Positions 26,982 to 36,338 are shown, numbered from the stretch's first letter. The stretch is 64,000 nucleotides of DNA from Minisyncoccota bacterium (GCA_028718635.1 JAQULK010000001.1:24626-88625); one strand, 5' to 3'. Numbers and translations: made by a program. Notes: a model not told the origin generated them from the sequence alone.

Positions 26982-28551
26982 AGAATTTATTTATATTTCT
27001 GCCAAAAAGTTTATAAATAAAATAGGCATAAATAATCAGCGTAAGTAAAAATGGAAAATCTGGAAAAGTAAAAGCTGAAAATGGCAGGTTTGAAAAAAAA
27101 TTTATTACTCCAAGCTCGTAATGCAGAAATAAATACGAAAGAAAACCTGCCGGTATTGCCAGCACATAATAAATAAGCCCAAGAAAACCAGTGATGAAAC
27201 CGAGCATCATTGTAAAAGGAATAAAAGGTAAAATTAAAACATTGGCTGGCAGAGCCACCAGAGAAAAATTGCCCATTTTATAAAGAATAAAAGGAAAAAC
27301 AAAAACATAAGCAGCACAGGTGACGGACACAATGTCTCGCAATTCGAAAGTTTTTGGTACCCATAAAAAATATTTTTCAATTCTCGGAGCGAGAAAAATC
27401 ACCGCGACCGTCGCCAAAAATGAAAGCTGAAAAGAAACATCAAAAACTAGAAGAAAAGGATTGAGTAGAATCATCAACACTCCAGCCAACAATAACGCCC
27501 GCGCGACATCATAATTGCGGCCGGTCGCGCGGGCTACCAATGCCAGAGTCGCCATTATCCCCGCTCGGACTGCAGTCGAACTCCCGCCAGTCATTATGAT
27601 AAATAGAATTACTGTTAATATTCCCATTCCAATACCAAAATTTTTGGGAGCATAAGGTACTTTCGCCAAAAATTTCATAATCCATTCAGCCACAATCGTC
27701 ACATTGTATCCTGACAGCGCCACGATATGGATCGTACCGGTATTCACAAAACTCTGTCTTAAATCTTGACTAAAAGAAGATTTTTCACCCAAAATAAGCC
27801 CACCCAAAAGCAGATTCTCAGGAGCATTAATAGCAAAATTTATTTTTTCTAAAAATTTATCTTTAATTTGGAAAAGAGCACTTTGAATTACATTGCCATT
27901 TCCGCGGGCCTCGCCCGTCTGGCTACGGCCAAGGGAGACAATTTCAATTCTGGGATAACCCATCACATACAAAATCCCGTCTTTGCGCAAATAATTTACA
28001 TAGTCAAAAACTTTACCTTGGTCGGTAATAAAATTCTCCGGCTTTTCTAATTTCCCAAAAAAATTTATTTTGTCTCCATATTTATAATCTGTATCTAGAC
28101 TGGTAGACAATAAAATTTTAGTGGTGGGAAGAGGTTGGACATCAGGGGGACCCGATGTCCAACCTCTAGAAGTTACAAGCACCGTCAATTGCTGGTTATT
28201 TTCTTTTATACTAGGTTCATCAGTTATAACTCCATCGAGAGTTACTTTTTGCCCTACTTGCGACTCAAAAATATTTGGTGCTAAAACATCTACCATGTTA
28301 AATCTAAAAATTCCAAAACAAAAAGTCAGAAGAAAAATCGAAGCTAATATACCCCACTTGTTTTTTGCCTCGCCCGTAGGGCTATGGCCGAGGGAAATTA
28401 AAGTAAAAAACAAAAACAAAGCGAGAGCAATTAAGCCGAATAAAATTACCAAATAAAAATCTACCAAAAAGAAAGAGCGCAACAGCACTCCAAATAAAAA
28501 CCCAAAACAAGTTGTATAAAAAACTCTATCCCGCATAAAATAATTGGCCAA
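26965..28551 (-). CDS. comEC: ComEC/Rec2-family competence membrane channel (lacks MBL domain, which is encoded separately at 25487-26356); probable ATG start at about 28534-28536
   Basis: 528 aa; DUF4131-like N-terminal TM region followed by the competence channel domain; carries 3 in-frame palindrome insertions. Confidence 0.65.
   Translation of the reverse strand: MANYFMRDRVFYTTCFGFLFGVLLRSFFLVDFYLVILFGLIALALFLFFTLISLGHSPTGEAKNKWGILASIFLLTFCFGIFRFNMVDVLAPNIFESQVGQKVTLDGVITDEPSIKENNQQLTVLVTSRGWTSGPPDVQPLPTTKILLSTSLDTDYKYGDKINFFGKLEKPENFITDQGKVFDYVNYLRKDGILYVMGYPRIEIVSLGRSQTGEARGNGNVIQSALFQIKDKFLEKINFAINAPENLLLGGLILGEKSSFSQDLRQSFVNTGTIHIVALSGYNVTIVAEWIMKFLAKVPYAPKNFGIGMGILTVILFIIMTGGSSTAVRAGIMATLALVARATGRNYDVARALLLAGVLMILLNPFLLVFDVSFQLSFLATVAVIFLAPRIEKYFLWVPKTFELRDIVSVTCAAYVFVFPFILYKMGNFSLVALPANVLILPFIPFTMMLGFITGFLGLIYYVLAIPAGFLSYLFLHYELGVINFFSNLPFSAFTFPDFPFLLTLIIYAYFIYKLFGRNINKFFTEPF
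27908..27942. repeat. GCCTCGCCCGT..GGCTAYGGCCRAGGGA repeat (family S), in-frame in comEC
   Basis: Encodes SLGRSQTGEARG; GC-rich island. Confidence 0.65.
28131..28168. repeat. 13-bp-stem GC hairpin in-frame in comEC
   Basis: GAGGTTGGACATC AGGGGGACCC GATGTCCAACCTC; encodes RGWTSGPPDVQPL. Confidence 0.55.
28366..28397. repeat. Family S repeat, in-frame in comEC N-terminal region
   Basis: GCCTCGCCCGTAGGGCTATGGCCGAGGGAAA; encodes ISLGHSPTGEAK. Confidence 0.65.
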
Positions 28552-28571
28552 CCTGCCAGGTCAGCCATTGT
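28545..28571. repeat. REP-like palindrome, degenerate copy (comEC-GNAT spacer)
   Basis: TTGGCCAACCTGCCAGGTCAGCCATTG. Confidence 0.65.
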
Positions 28572-29142
28572 GTTCTTTGTTAATTAAATCCAATTCCATT
28601 ATTTGGTATTCAGAAAGATACTTCGGGTCATTTCCAATAATTGGCAACGCCCTCTCTTCATCAAGTTTTTCAAAACCGAATTTTTCATAAAGTTTAATCG
28701 CTGCTCCTCTGCTAACTAACACCCAAAGTCTAACTTTTTCAGCGCCTTTCCTTTTTTCCTCGTCTAATATTGTTTTGAGCATTCTTTCTGCAATGTTTTC
28801 CCCAATAACACTTTTCCTAAAATTTGGTTTAAGGAAAACAGAATTTATTCTCCATACCCGAAGCTCATCTGAATTCGGACTTTTTACTCCTTTTATAATT
28901 CCTATTACCTCTGACCCATTTCTTGCCAAAACTATAATAGATTTTCCTAAATCTTCTTTCCATTCATTATCAGTTTGATTTCTTTCCACCCGAGCTTCAT
29001 CTTTAAAATATTTACCAGAGCCTTCGGGGTCTGTATCAATAGCTTCACATCTAATTTTTTTATATTCCTCCCAATCTTTTTCTGTAGCTATTTCTATTTT
29101 TAAAGCTAATTTTTCTTTATTCTTTAAAGGATTTTCTTCCAT
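28561..29142 (-). CDS. GNAT-family N-acetyltransferase
   Basis: 193 aa; acetyl-CoA-binding-like segment LWVLVSRGAAIKLYEKFGFE; sandwiched between two REP-like palindromes. Confidence 0.6.
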   Translation of the reverse strand: MEENPLKNKEKLALKIEIATEKDWEEYKKIRCEAIDTDPEGSGKYFKDEARVERNQTDNEWKEDLGKSIIVLARNGSEVIGIIKGVKSPNSDELRVWRINSVFLKPNFRKSVIGENIAERMLKTILDEEKRKGAEKVRLWVLVSRGAAIKLYEKFGFEKLDEERALPIIGNDPKYLSEYQIMELDLINKEHNG

Positions 29143-29186
29143 AAGTTTATGATATCAAAAAGTATCCGTTAAACATACACCCACTA

Positions 29187-29852
29187 TCAAATTGACCAAC
29201 CTGCCACGTCAGCCAATGGATTTTCAAGAAAATCTTCTAATTCTTTCATGTACTCTCTCGCGTTAGTATCAAATAAATCATAGAAAAGATCCACATTAGA
29301 AACATTTTCAAATTCACTTTTTGTAAAACAATCTCTAAAACTTGACCAACGATATGATTTCAAAAAATTTAGAATTTTCTTTGAATCATTTTTGGGGGTA
29401 TTTTTCCAATTTGGACATATAAGATCGGAACAATTAAGGTCAATATAAATTGGCATATATAAAAAATGATTATTTTTCAAAATAGGAATTATTTTTGCGC
29501 TATTCTGAAAAAGATACCCTCTTCTCCCTTTATTTTTAGTATTAAAATATTTTGTATATGCATTACCTAAACGTTTCGTAAATTCAAGAATTCCTCCTTC
29601 TGAAACTTCGTAAAGTAAAAGATGATAATGATTTGGCAACAAACTCCATTTTAAAATCTCCACTAACTTTTTTCTTCCAAACAAAATTTCTTTAATATCA
29701 TAAAGCGGATCCTTTCTGCGTATTCTAATTTTCCCATCTTGGTTATTTAAAAAAAGTAAGTTTTGCACAAATCTAAGATAATCAGATTCATCAATAAAAA
29801 TTTTTCTTTTTTCAACTCCCCTATTGCATATATGTGCTAAGTCACCAATCAT
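29187..29852 (-). CDS. IS200/IS605-like HUH (Y1) transposase, REP-associated tyrosine transposase (RAYT)-like
   Basis: 221 aa; HUH motif LLPNHYHLLLYE, downstream Tyr-containing helix (GNAYTKYFN); flanked by 27-bp palindromic REP-like repeats. Confidence 0.55.
   Translation of the reverse strand: MIGDLAHICNRGVEKRKIFIDESDYLRFVQNLLFLNNQDGKIRIRRKDPLYDIKEILFGRKKLVEILKWSLLPNHYHLLLYEVSEGGILEFTKRLGNAYTKYFNTKNKGRRGYLFQNSAKIIPILKNNHFLYMPIYIDLNCSDLICPNWKNTPKNDSKKILNFLKSYRWSSFRDCFTKSEFENVSNVDLFYDLFDTNAREYMKELEDFLENPLADVAGWSI
29191..29218. repeat. REP-like palindrome, degenerate copy (GNAT-RAYT spacer)
   Basis: TTGACCAACCTGCCACGTCAGCCAATGG. Confidence 0.65.
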
Positions 29853-29876
29853 GTTTAAAGTATAAACCTTTTCCCA

Positions 29877-29905
29877 GATTGGTCAACCTGCCAGGTTGAC
29901 CAATC
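29877..29905. repeat. REP-like palindrome, perfect 13-bp arms (RAYT-rnhA spacer)
   Basis: ATTGGTCAACCTG C CAGGTTGACCAAT. Confidence 0.75.
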
Positions 29906-30436
29906 TTATTTTTTCAATTTTATCGGCGCCTCTTCCGCAAAACTAGTCGCTATTTCGTCCGCTCTTTCGTTATGCTTGTCTCCATTGTGTCCTTTCACAT
30001 AAGTCCATTTTATTTTCTCCCTGTTTGGCAATTTTGCAAACTCTTCAGTAAGTTTATGTAGTTCTTCCCAAAGAGCGCGATTTAAAACTGGCTCTTTTTT
30101 GGCATTACGCCATCCATTCTTTTGCCAATTAAAAATCCATTCCGTAATTCCCAAAATCACATATTTAGAATCAGAAACAATTTCCACATCATCCCCAACC
30201 AAGCCTTGCTTAAATAAAAACTTCAACGCTTCAATTGGCGCAGTCAATTCCATTTGATTGTTTGTCGCGTGTTCCACTCCTCCCCCGATTTCAAAGACCC
30301 CCTCCTCACTCCTCCCCCTTAACAAGGGGGAGGTTGGGTAGGGGTGAATTATAAAAACAGCCCCCCAGCCAGCTTTCCCCGGGTTCCCTTTCGCCGCTCC
30401 ATCCGTATAAATTTTCATACTATATTCTTTTTGCAT
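29906..30436 (-). CDS. rnhA: Ribonuclease HI with in-frame palindrome-encoded insert
   Basis: 176 aa; IYTDGAAKGNPGKAGWGAV...TNNQMELTAPIEAL...HNGDKHNERAD matches the RNase H fold; about 20 extra residues (HPYPTSPLLRGRSEEGVFE) between beta-strands. Confidence 0.8.
   Translation of the reverse strand: MQKEYSMKIYTDGAAKGNPGKAGWGAVFIIHPYPTSPLLRGRSEEGVFEIGGGVEHATNNQMELTAPIEALKFLFKQGLVGDDVEIVSDSKYVILGITEWIFNWQKNGWRNAKKEPVLNRALWEELHKLTEEFAKLPNREKIKWTYVKGHNGDKHNERADEIATSFAEEAPIKLKK
30296..30350. repeat. Family P palindrome, in-frame inside rnhA
   Basis: CCTCACTCCTCCCCCTTAACAAGGGGGAGGTTGGGTAGGGGTGAATT. Confidence 0.75.
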
Positions 30437-30438
30437 TT

Positions 30439-32232
30439 TTATAATATATTCTCTACCCTTAATCTTAACTCAACTCTCCCTCTAAATCTAGATAAATCAA
30501 AAGTGGCTAGAAGATTGACTGTTTTGTTCTCCGCAATAGGTATATCAAAAGAATCATAATCAGAGAAAAATGAAATAGCCGTGGCTTTGCCGGATAAGTC
30601 AGAAAAAACAATTTCCAAATGTTCTCCAGATCCATTTTTACCAAATTTTTTTATTTTTTCTATCTTGATGTCAGGAAAAAGGAAAACGGGTTTAGGATTT
30701 CCTATTCCAAAAGGTGCGAGCTTTTCCAGTTCTTTCCAATTTTTCATGTTGACGTCAGAAAGAGATAATTTCATATCTTTGATGTTTTTCCCCTCCTTAA
30801 TTAAGGAGGGGTGCTCCGATTCAGATCGGAGCGGGGTGGTAATTTTTTTAAAAGAAACAGACAGCGCTTCCTCTAAAAAATGAATTTTATCATCACAAAC
30901 GGTAAATCCTCCTGCGAGTTCGTGTCCGCCAAAGTCCACAAATGATTCGCTGTTCTCGCTCATAAGCTCCACAACAGAGACCGACCCATCGCTCCGACAA
31001 GAACCTTTAATGCAATTATTTTCATCTTTCGCCCACACAAAAACAGATTTTTTATATTTATCTGATATTTTCCCTGCCACTAATCCTAAAACTCCCACTT
31101 TCCACTCTGGGTTACCTATCACTATCACGTCCGTTTCTATTCCATTCTCGAATTTTTTATCAATATGCTTATTTACATCACGCATAATATTTTTTACTAT
31201 GTTTTTCCTTTCATCATTTATCTTCGACAAATGATCTGAGAGCAGACCTGCTTTCGCCTCATCTCTTGTGGAAAGAATTTCATAAGCTCGCATAGGGTCA
31301 TCCATTCTCGAGGCTGCGTTTAATCTGGGCGTTACCATAAAACCAATATCGTCCACTGATAAATATCCTTGCTCGATTTTCATTTTCGCTAAAAGTTTCT
31401 GCAAACCCGGTCGGGCAGATTTCTTCAGAACTTTCATTCCGAAATAAGCGATAGCTCTGTTTTCACCGGTAAGGGGAACCATGTCAGAAAGGGTCGCCAA
31501 ACCTGCCATATCCAACATCCATTTTTCCTGACCATTTTTTATCCCAAAATTCTCATTCTCTTTGCCGTATTTATGAATAAAACCTTGCATAAATTTAAAA
31601 ACAACGCCTGCTCCGCAAAGCATTTTTTCCGGATACTCATCCACTTTTGGATTCAAAATTGCATAGGCGCGAGGCAGTAAAAATTCAGACTGTAAAAAAT
31701 TAAGGAGTCGTGGGTCCCCTGTCTTTTCGACTCCGAGGGCGAAGGCGGGAGAATTTTTTATGGGCTGAATTTTTTGTTTTGGCAAGTGGTGATCAATGAT
31801 TATTACATCGATGCCGTCTGCTTCCGCCTGAGCCACTTCAGCCACCGCAGTGATTCCAAGATCGACCGTAATCAACAATTTCACTCCGTTTTCTGAAAAT
31901 TGTTTTATGGCAACGAGGTTGAGCCCATACCCTTCAGAATTTCTCAGGGGTATATAAATTTCATAATTTTCATATCCAACCAGTTTAAATAAGTCGTTAA
32001 AAATTACCGCCCCTGGAATTCCATCACAATCATAATCTGCATAAATGATTATTTTTTCCTTATTCTCTATGGCCTCATATAGCCTTACGCAAGCCTTCTC
32101 CATATCCCGCATTAAAAAAGGATCATAAAAATCGCGCTCATAACTTGGATTTAGAAAAATTTCTGCTTGCTCCGCATCGGCAACTCCTCTTTTTTCCAGA
32201 AGCGTCCTCAATAATTCGCTATACTTTTGCAT
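30439..32232 (-). CDS. recJ: Single-stranded-DNA-specific exonuclease RecJ
   Basis: 597 aa; DHH motifs (DYDCDG, ITVDLGITA, IIDHH), DHHA1 domain; two in-frame repeat insertions. Confidence 0.8.
   Translation of the reverse strand: MQKYSELLRTLLEKRGVADAEQAEIFLNPSYERDFYDPFLMRDMEKACVRLYEAIENKEKIIIYADYDCDGIPGAVIFNDLFKLVGYENYEIYIPLRNSEGYGLNLVAIKQFSENGVKLLITVDLGITAVAEVAQAEADGIDVIIIDHHLPKQKIQPIKNSPAFALGVEKTGDPRLLNFLQSEFLLPRAYAILNPKVDEYPEKMLCGAGVVFKFMQGFIHKYGKENENFGIKNGQEKWMLDMAGLATLSDMVPLTGENRAIAYFGMKVLKKSARPGLQKLLAKMKIEQGYLSVDDIGFMVTPRLNAASRMDDPMRAYEILSTRDEAKAGLLSDHLSKINDERKNIVKNIMRDVNKHIDKKFENGIETDVIVIGNPEWKVGVLGLVAGKISDKYKKSVFVWAKDENNCIKGSCRSDGSVSVVELMSENSESFVDFGGHELAGGFTVCDDKIHFLEEALSVSFKKITTPLRSESEHPSLIKEGKNIKDMKLSLSDVNMKNWKELEKLAPFGIGNPKPVFLFPDIKIEKIKKFGKNGSGEHLEIVFSDLSGKATAISFFSDYDSFDIPIAENKTVNLLATFDLSRFRGRVELRLRVENIL
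30790..30839. repeat. Family P-like double hairpin, in-frame inside recJ
   Basis: CCCCTCCTTAATTAAGGAGGGG + GCTCCGATTCAGATCGGAGC; encodes TTPLRSESEHPSLIKEG. Confidence 0.7.
31708..31745. repeat. Family G motif copy, in-frame inside recJ (encodes ALGVEKTGDPR)
   Basis: GAGTCGTGGGTCCCCTGTCTTTTCGACTCCGAGGGCG with GAGTCG/CGACTC stem. Confidence 0.55.
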
Positions 32233-32271
32233 GAATTGAATTTTAACACAGATGGTATAGAATATATAAAT

Positions 32272-32664
32272 ATGGAGAACTGCATTTTTGATAAAATAAT
32301 TAAGGGAGAAATTCCTTGCACAAAAGTTTATGAAGATGAAAACTTCTTAGCATTTTTAGATATTCAGCCGGTCGCGGATGGGCATCTTTTATTAATTCCC
32401 AAAAAGCACATGGTCTGGATGCAAGACGCAGATGATGAAACAATCTGCGGAATTTTTAAATTAGCTAAAAAATTAATGCTCGCTATCAAAAAAGGAATCG
32501 GGTGCGATTATGTGCAGCTTTCCATAGTCGGTAAAGATGTCCCCCATTTTCATATACATTTAATCCCTAGATTTCTTAATGACAATTTGCCAATGTTTCG
32601 AACAAAAATCTACAAAGACAAAGAATCAGCCGAAGCTGCTGAAAAAATTATCGCAGCGCTTTGA
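32272..32664 (+). CDS. HIT-family (histidine triad) nucleotide hydrolase
   Basis: MENCIFDKIIKGEIP N-term, histidine triad HFHIHLIP; ORF track extends to 32227 but the internal ATG fits HIT N-terminus. Confidence 0.75.
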   Translation: MENCIFDKIIKGEIPCTKVYEDENFLAFLDIQPVADGHLLLIPKKHMVWMQDADDETICGIFKLAKKLMLAIKKGIGCDYVQLSIVGKDVPHFHIHLIPRFLNDNLPMFRTKIYKDKESAEAAEKIIAAL

Positions 32665-33718
32665 TTCCCGGCAAGGTTCCATTTGCTAAAAAATCAAGCA
32701 TGGCACCGCCACCGGTAGATACAAAAGAAAATTTATTTTCCATATTCAGTTCTCTTATTAGGGCTACCGTGTCTCCTCCGCCAATGACACTTTCGGCTTT
32801 AGAGCTTGCAACTAATTTAAATACTTTTTTAGTAGCTTCTGCTCCGCCGTCTTCATATCTACCAAGCGGACCATTCCAAAGTATAAGCTTTGATTTCTTT
32901 ATCAGTGGCGCTAAATTTTTTATTGTTTCTTCTCCTATGTCTACAATAATTCCATCCTTCATGACAAAATCGACGGGTAAAATTAATTTTTTATTTTTTA
33001 GCAATTTTTCAATTCCATAATTGTTGTTATCAATTAGAGATCTACCGACTTCACAGCCTTTTGCCTTTAAAAAATTATGAGCCAACGCCCCACCAACGAA
33101 TACATAATCTGCCAATTTTAAGTATTTTTTAATAAGAGGCATTTTGGTAGAAAACTTAGCCCCGCCTAAAATAAACAAAAATGGATGCTTGGGATTTTTG
33201 AAAGCATGAGCTAAGTTTTTTATTTCAGCTTCTAATTGGAAACCGGCATAAGCAGGCAATAGCTTGGGCAATAGAACAATCGAAGAAACTTTTCGATGAG
33301 ATTCAGGGAATGCCTCATTTACATAAATATCTGAAAATTTTGCCAAGTTTTCGGCGAAATTTTTATTACATAGCTGTTCGCCTTTGTTGTTTCTTAAGTT
33401 TTCTAATAAAATAATTTCCCCATTTTTCATTTCGAAACATGCCTTAGAAACTTTTGAGCCAATAATTTCAGGAATAAATTTCACTTTAATAAATTTATTT
33501 AAAGCTTTAGCAATAGGCACAAGCGTCTCTCCCCCTTCTCCGAGATGAGTAATTAAAATTATTTTTGCTCCTTTTTTAATTAAAAACTTAATAGTTGGTA
33601 AAGCTTTTTTTATGCGAAAATCATCTTCGACTTTGCCATTTTTAATGGGCACATTAAAATCTACTCGCACGAGCGCTGTTTTCCCTTTTAAATTTTTTTT
33701 TTCTCTAATGCTTCGCAT
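32648..33718 (-). CDS. pgk: Phosphoglycerate kinase
   Basis: 356 aa; RVDFNVP N-term motif, conserved C-terminal nucleotide-binding region. Confidence 0.85.
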   Translation of the reverse strand: MRSIREKKNLKGKTALVRVDFNVPIKNGKVEDDFRIKKALPTIKFLIKKGAKIILITHLGEGGETLVPIAKALNKFIKVKFIPEIIGSKVSKACFEMKNGEIILLENLRNNKGEQLCNKNFAENLAKFSDIYVNEAFPESHRKVSSIVLLPKLLPAYAGFQLEAEIKNLAHAFKNPKHPFLFILGGAKFSTKMPLIKKYLKLADYVFVGGALAHNFLKAKGCEVGRSLIDNNNYGIEKLLKNKKLILPVDFVMKDGIIVDIGEETIKNLAPLIKKSKLILWNGPLGRYEDGGAEATKKVFKLVASSKAESVIGGGDTVALIRELNMENKFSFVSTGGGAMLDFLANGTLPGIKALR

Positions 33719-34476
33719 ATTTTTACAATCTCTGAAAACTTTTTTGCATTCAAACTAGCACGGCCGGGAAGCAATCCGTCCACTCCTCCGTTTTTAAGAA
33801 AATCTTCTGCATCTTTTTCATTAGCAGAACCGCCATAAATAATCCTGGCACCAGATGCATCTTTACCGAATTTATCAGAAAGTATTTTACGTATAAAAAT
33901 AGCCATTTCTCTGGAGTCATCTGCTGTCGCATCTCGACGATTAAGCGTGCTAGAGAGTGCCCAGACTGGTTCATAAGCTATAATTATTTTTGAAATTGAA
34001 TTTTTAGAAACTCCCGCCAGACATTCTTCGATTTGTGTTTTGACTAAATTAAAATAACTATGGCTTTCATCGCGAACATTTTCACCCACGCAAAGTATCG
34101 GTACTAGACCAGCCGAAAGGGATGATTTTATTTTTTTATTTATTTCACTATTGTTTTCTCCGAGAGCTCGTCTTTCAGAATGTCCCAAAATTGCATACTT
34201 CACGCCGATATTGGAAAACATTTCTCCGGACACTTCTCCCGTAAAAGCTCCGAGGTCGCCATAAAAAGCATTTTGCGCTCCAAGTTTTATTTTATTGGTT
34301 CTAATTTTTTTTAATCTTTCTAAATAAATGCTAGGCGGGCAGATCACGATTTCCGTCTTCTTGGCTTCAGAAACTTCTTTTACCACATCAGAAAATAATT
34401 TCTCCGCTTCTTTCAGAGTGCGCGGATTCATTTTCCAATTACCGCATATTATTTTCTTTGTGATCTTTTTCAGCAT
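33688..34476 (-). CDS. tpiA: Triosephosphate isomerase
   Basis: 262 aa; ICGNWKMN, AYEPVWA, GHSERR motifs; overlaps pgk by 31 nt. Confidence 0.85.
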   Translation of the reverse strand: MLKKITKKIICGNWKMNPRTLKEAEKLFSDVVKEVSEAKKTEIVICPPSIYLERLKKIRTNKIKLGAQNAFYGDLGAFTGEVSGEMFSNIGVKYAILGHSERRALGENNSEINKKIKSSLSAGLVPILCVGENVRDESHSYFNLVKTQIEECLAGVSKNSISKIIIAYEPVWALSSTLNRRDATADDSREMAIFIRKILSDKFGKDASGARIIYGGSANEKDAEDFLKNGGVDGLLPGRASLNAKKFSEIVKICEALEKKKI

Positions 34477-34504
34477 AGAGAAATTGTATCATATTTAAAA
34501 AAAA

Positions 34505-35773
34505 TTATTGAACTTCTTTCCAATTTTTAATGTCCCAACCGCCGGTCGGTCCGGAAGTAAAATTTTGATTTGCCAAACCTGAAAGGTACCAAATCTCCGC
34601 GCTGTTGTCTATGTCAATAGTTTTTCCTACCACCTCATTCAGCTCTACGCCATTATTAAGATGTACTGTGCCATTTTGAGCATTCACAAGTATCGCCCCC
34701 ACATTATTTAAAATTTCAATGGCATTCAATCCAGAACATCCTAAAGGACAAGCACTGGTTGTGACTAACAAAACATATGTGTTGGGGCCTCCTGATCCAA
34801 AAAACTTTACATTATTTGACAACGTAACTCGACCGTCAGTAACAATAATTCCCCCGGTGGAACCATAAGAGCTGCTCAAGGTAATGTGAGCGCCATTATT
34901 AGTAGTTATATTACCCATAACATAAATAGTCCCAGTAACAGTAATATCAGCATTAATCGCCAAATTTCCGGTAATTTTTACCGGTCCCAAATTTTGAGAG
35001 GATGTAATAGTTAAATCACCGATAATAATATTATTTTCTGCCTCAGCATCTTGTTTCCATTTACTTATCATCACTTCTGTTATCGGCATATCCACAGCTA
35101 CTGGATCCGGCTCGGAGATATTGCAAGATTTATTATTATGCGATCCGCTTTGGCAATAGAGATTGCCCAAAACAGTGGAATTGTTCACAGTATGCGCCCT
35201 AGCATCTCCCTCACCATTTTCCCCAACATCAATATTATCGATAACCCCAGATGCCCCTGCAGCAAATGCTGAACCAGTAATCCTAGCACCATTTGCTCCG
35301 GTTATATTTCCATTTGAATAAACATTTCCATGCACGATTGCATTTCCAATAACAAATCCACCTACTCCGGATTGAATACCATAACTGAAAGAGACTCCAT
35401 CACCTGCCAATAAAACCATTTCACTGTTTCTTTGCCTAGAAGAAACATCTCCGAGAGAAATAATAGTTTTTTCATTATAACCTGAGTCAGTTATTGTCGT
35501 TACCGAAGTATTTCCACCTAAATTTATAGAAATTGGAGAATTAATTGTTGTTGAATTTTTTAATCTAAAATAAGCGTCCTCTATTCCTGACTCAGATAAA
35601 AATAAACTTTGCTTAGATTTAACTAGATCACTAGATATTTTAAATTCCTGTACAGTTGGACCCACAAGCCCAGCAATTATCGCCAAAGAAATAAAAAGAA
35701 AAAAGATAACCGATATCAGCATCGCTGCTCCGGATTGTGAATTTCTTTTTGTATTTTTTCGCAGTCTTCGCAT
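34505..35773 (-). CDS. Hypothetical pilus-associated protein (N-terminal TM anchor, beta-rich Gly/Asn repeats)
   Basis: 422 aa; N-term MRRLRKNTKRN...AMLISVIFFLF similar to the leader of adjacent pilin-like gene; position in pilus locus. Confidence 0.35.
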   Translation of the reverse strand: MRRLRKNTKRNSQSGAAMLISVIFFLFISLAIIAGLVGPTVQEFKISSDLVKSKQSLFLSESGIEDAYFRLKNSTTINSPISINLGGNTSVTTITDSGYNEKTIISLGDVSSRQRNSEMVLLAGDGVSFSYGIQSGVGGFVIGNAIVHGNVYSNGNITGANGARITGSAFAAGASGVIDNIDVGENGEGDARAHTVNNSTVLGNLYCQSGSHNNKSCNISEPDPVAVDMPITEVMISKWKQDAEAENNIIIGDLTITSSQNLGPVKITGNLAINADITVTGTIYVMGNITTNNGAHITLSSSYGSTGGIIVTDGRVTLSNNVKFFGSGGPNTYVLLVTTSACPLGCSGLNAIEILNNVGAILVNAQNGTVHLNNGVELNEVVGKTIDIDNSAEIWYLSGLANQNFTSGPTGGWDIKNWKEVQ

Positions 35774-35784
35774 AATTTTTGTAT

Positions 35785-36324
35785 TTAATAACTCCCTCTT
35801 AAAACAATCGTATCATAAAAATCTTGAGTATTGCCTGATGTATCATTGGCAGACTTAAGAGTTAAAACTATTTTAACTGCTTTTCCTTTGGTCGTATTTA
35901 TTTGAGTAAAAGCGAGAGCGGTCACTGTAGTATTGGGTGAATTTAGGTTTCCAATATTACTACCGGTATCCCAAAGTTGAATATTCGGACTAATAAATTT
36001 AAATTCAGTGGTTTTGCCACTTCCAGCATCAAGCACTAAATCATTTGTGCCGATGGAGATGATTCCGTTCGCTTGCCTGATTTCTCTCGACATCCTTTCC
36101 ATGATACTTCCACTTTGTACTAGTTCTGCCTGTATAGTAGTTTCCTTAAACGATCTTGCCATTGTTATCATGGCATTGATCACCAATGAAGAAAGAACCG
36201 AAAAAAAGGCAATATAAAAGAGAAGTTCTAAAACACCATATCCACCAGACAGCGCCTTAGGCGCTGTCTGAGCGCCTAAGGCGCTGTCTGGTTTTGTTTT
36301 CGCAGTTTTTCGCAGTGTTCGCAT
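35785..36324 (-). CDS. Type IV pilin-like (prepilin-type) protein; N-terminal region extended by two palindromic repeat copies
   Basis: 179 aa; class III signal SGG|YGVLELLFYIAFF with Glu at +5. Confidence 0.5.
   Translation of the reverse strand: MRTLRKTAKTKPDSALGAQTAPKALSGGYGVLELLFYIAFFSVLSSLVINAMITMARSFKETTIQAELVQSGSIMERMSREIRQANGIISIGTNDLVLDAGSGKTTEFKFISPNIQLWDTGSNIGNLNSPNTTVTALAFTQINTTKGKAVKIVLTLKSANDTSGNTQDFYDTIVLRGSY
36244..36290. repeat. CCAGACAGCGCCTAAGGCGCTGTCTGG palindrome, tandem 1.5 copies, inside the 5' coding region of pilin-like gene
   Basis: Encodes KPDSALGAQTAPKALSGG just before the prepilin cleavage motif. Confidence 0.6.
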
Positions 36325-36338
36325 AATTTTTGTATGTT

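Larger units (their letters stand above)
28545..29905 (-). mobile_element. REP/RAYT-like locus: IS200-like HUH transposase plus GNAT gene bracketed by three REP-like palindromes
   Basis: See 29187-29852 CDS and the three repeats. Confidence 0.5.
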
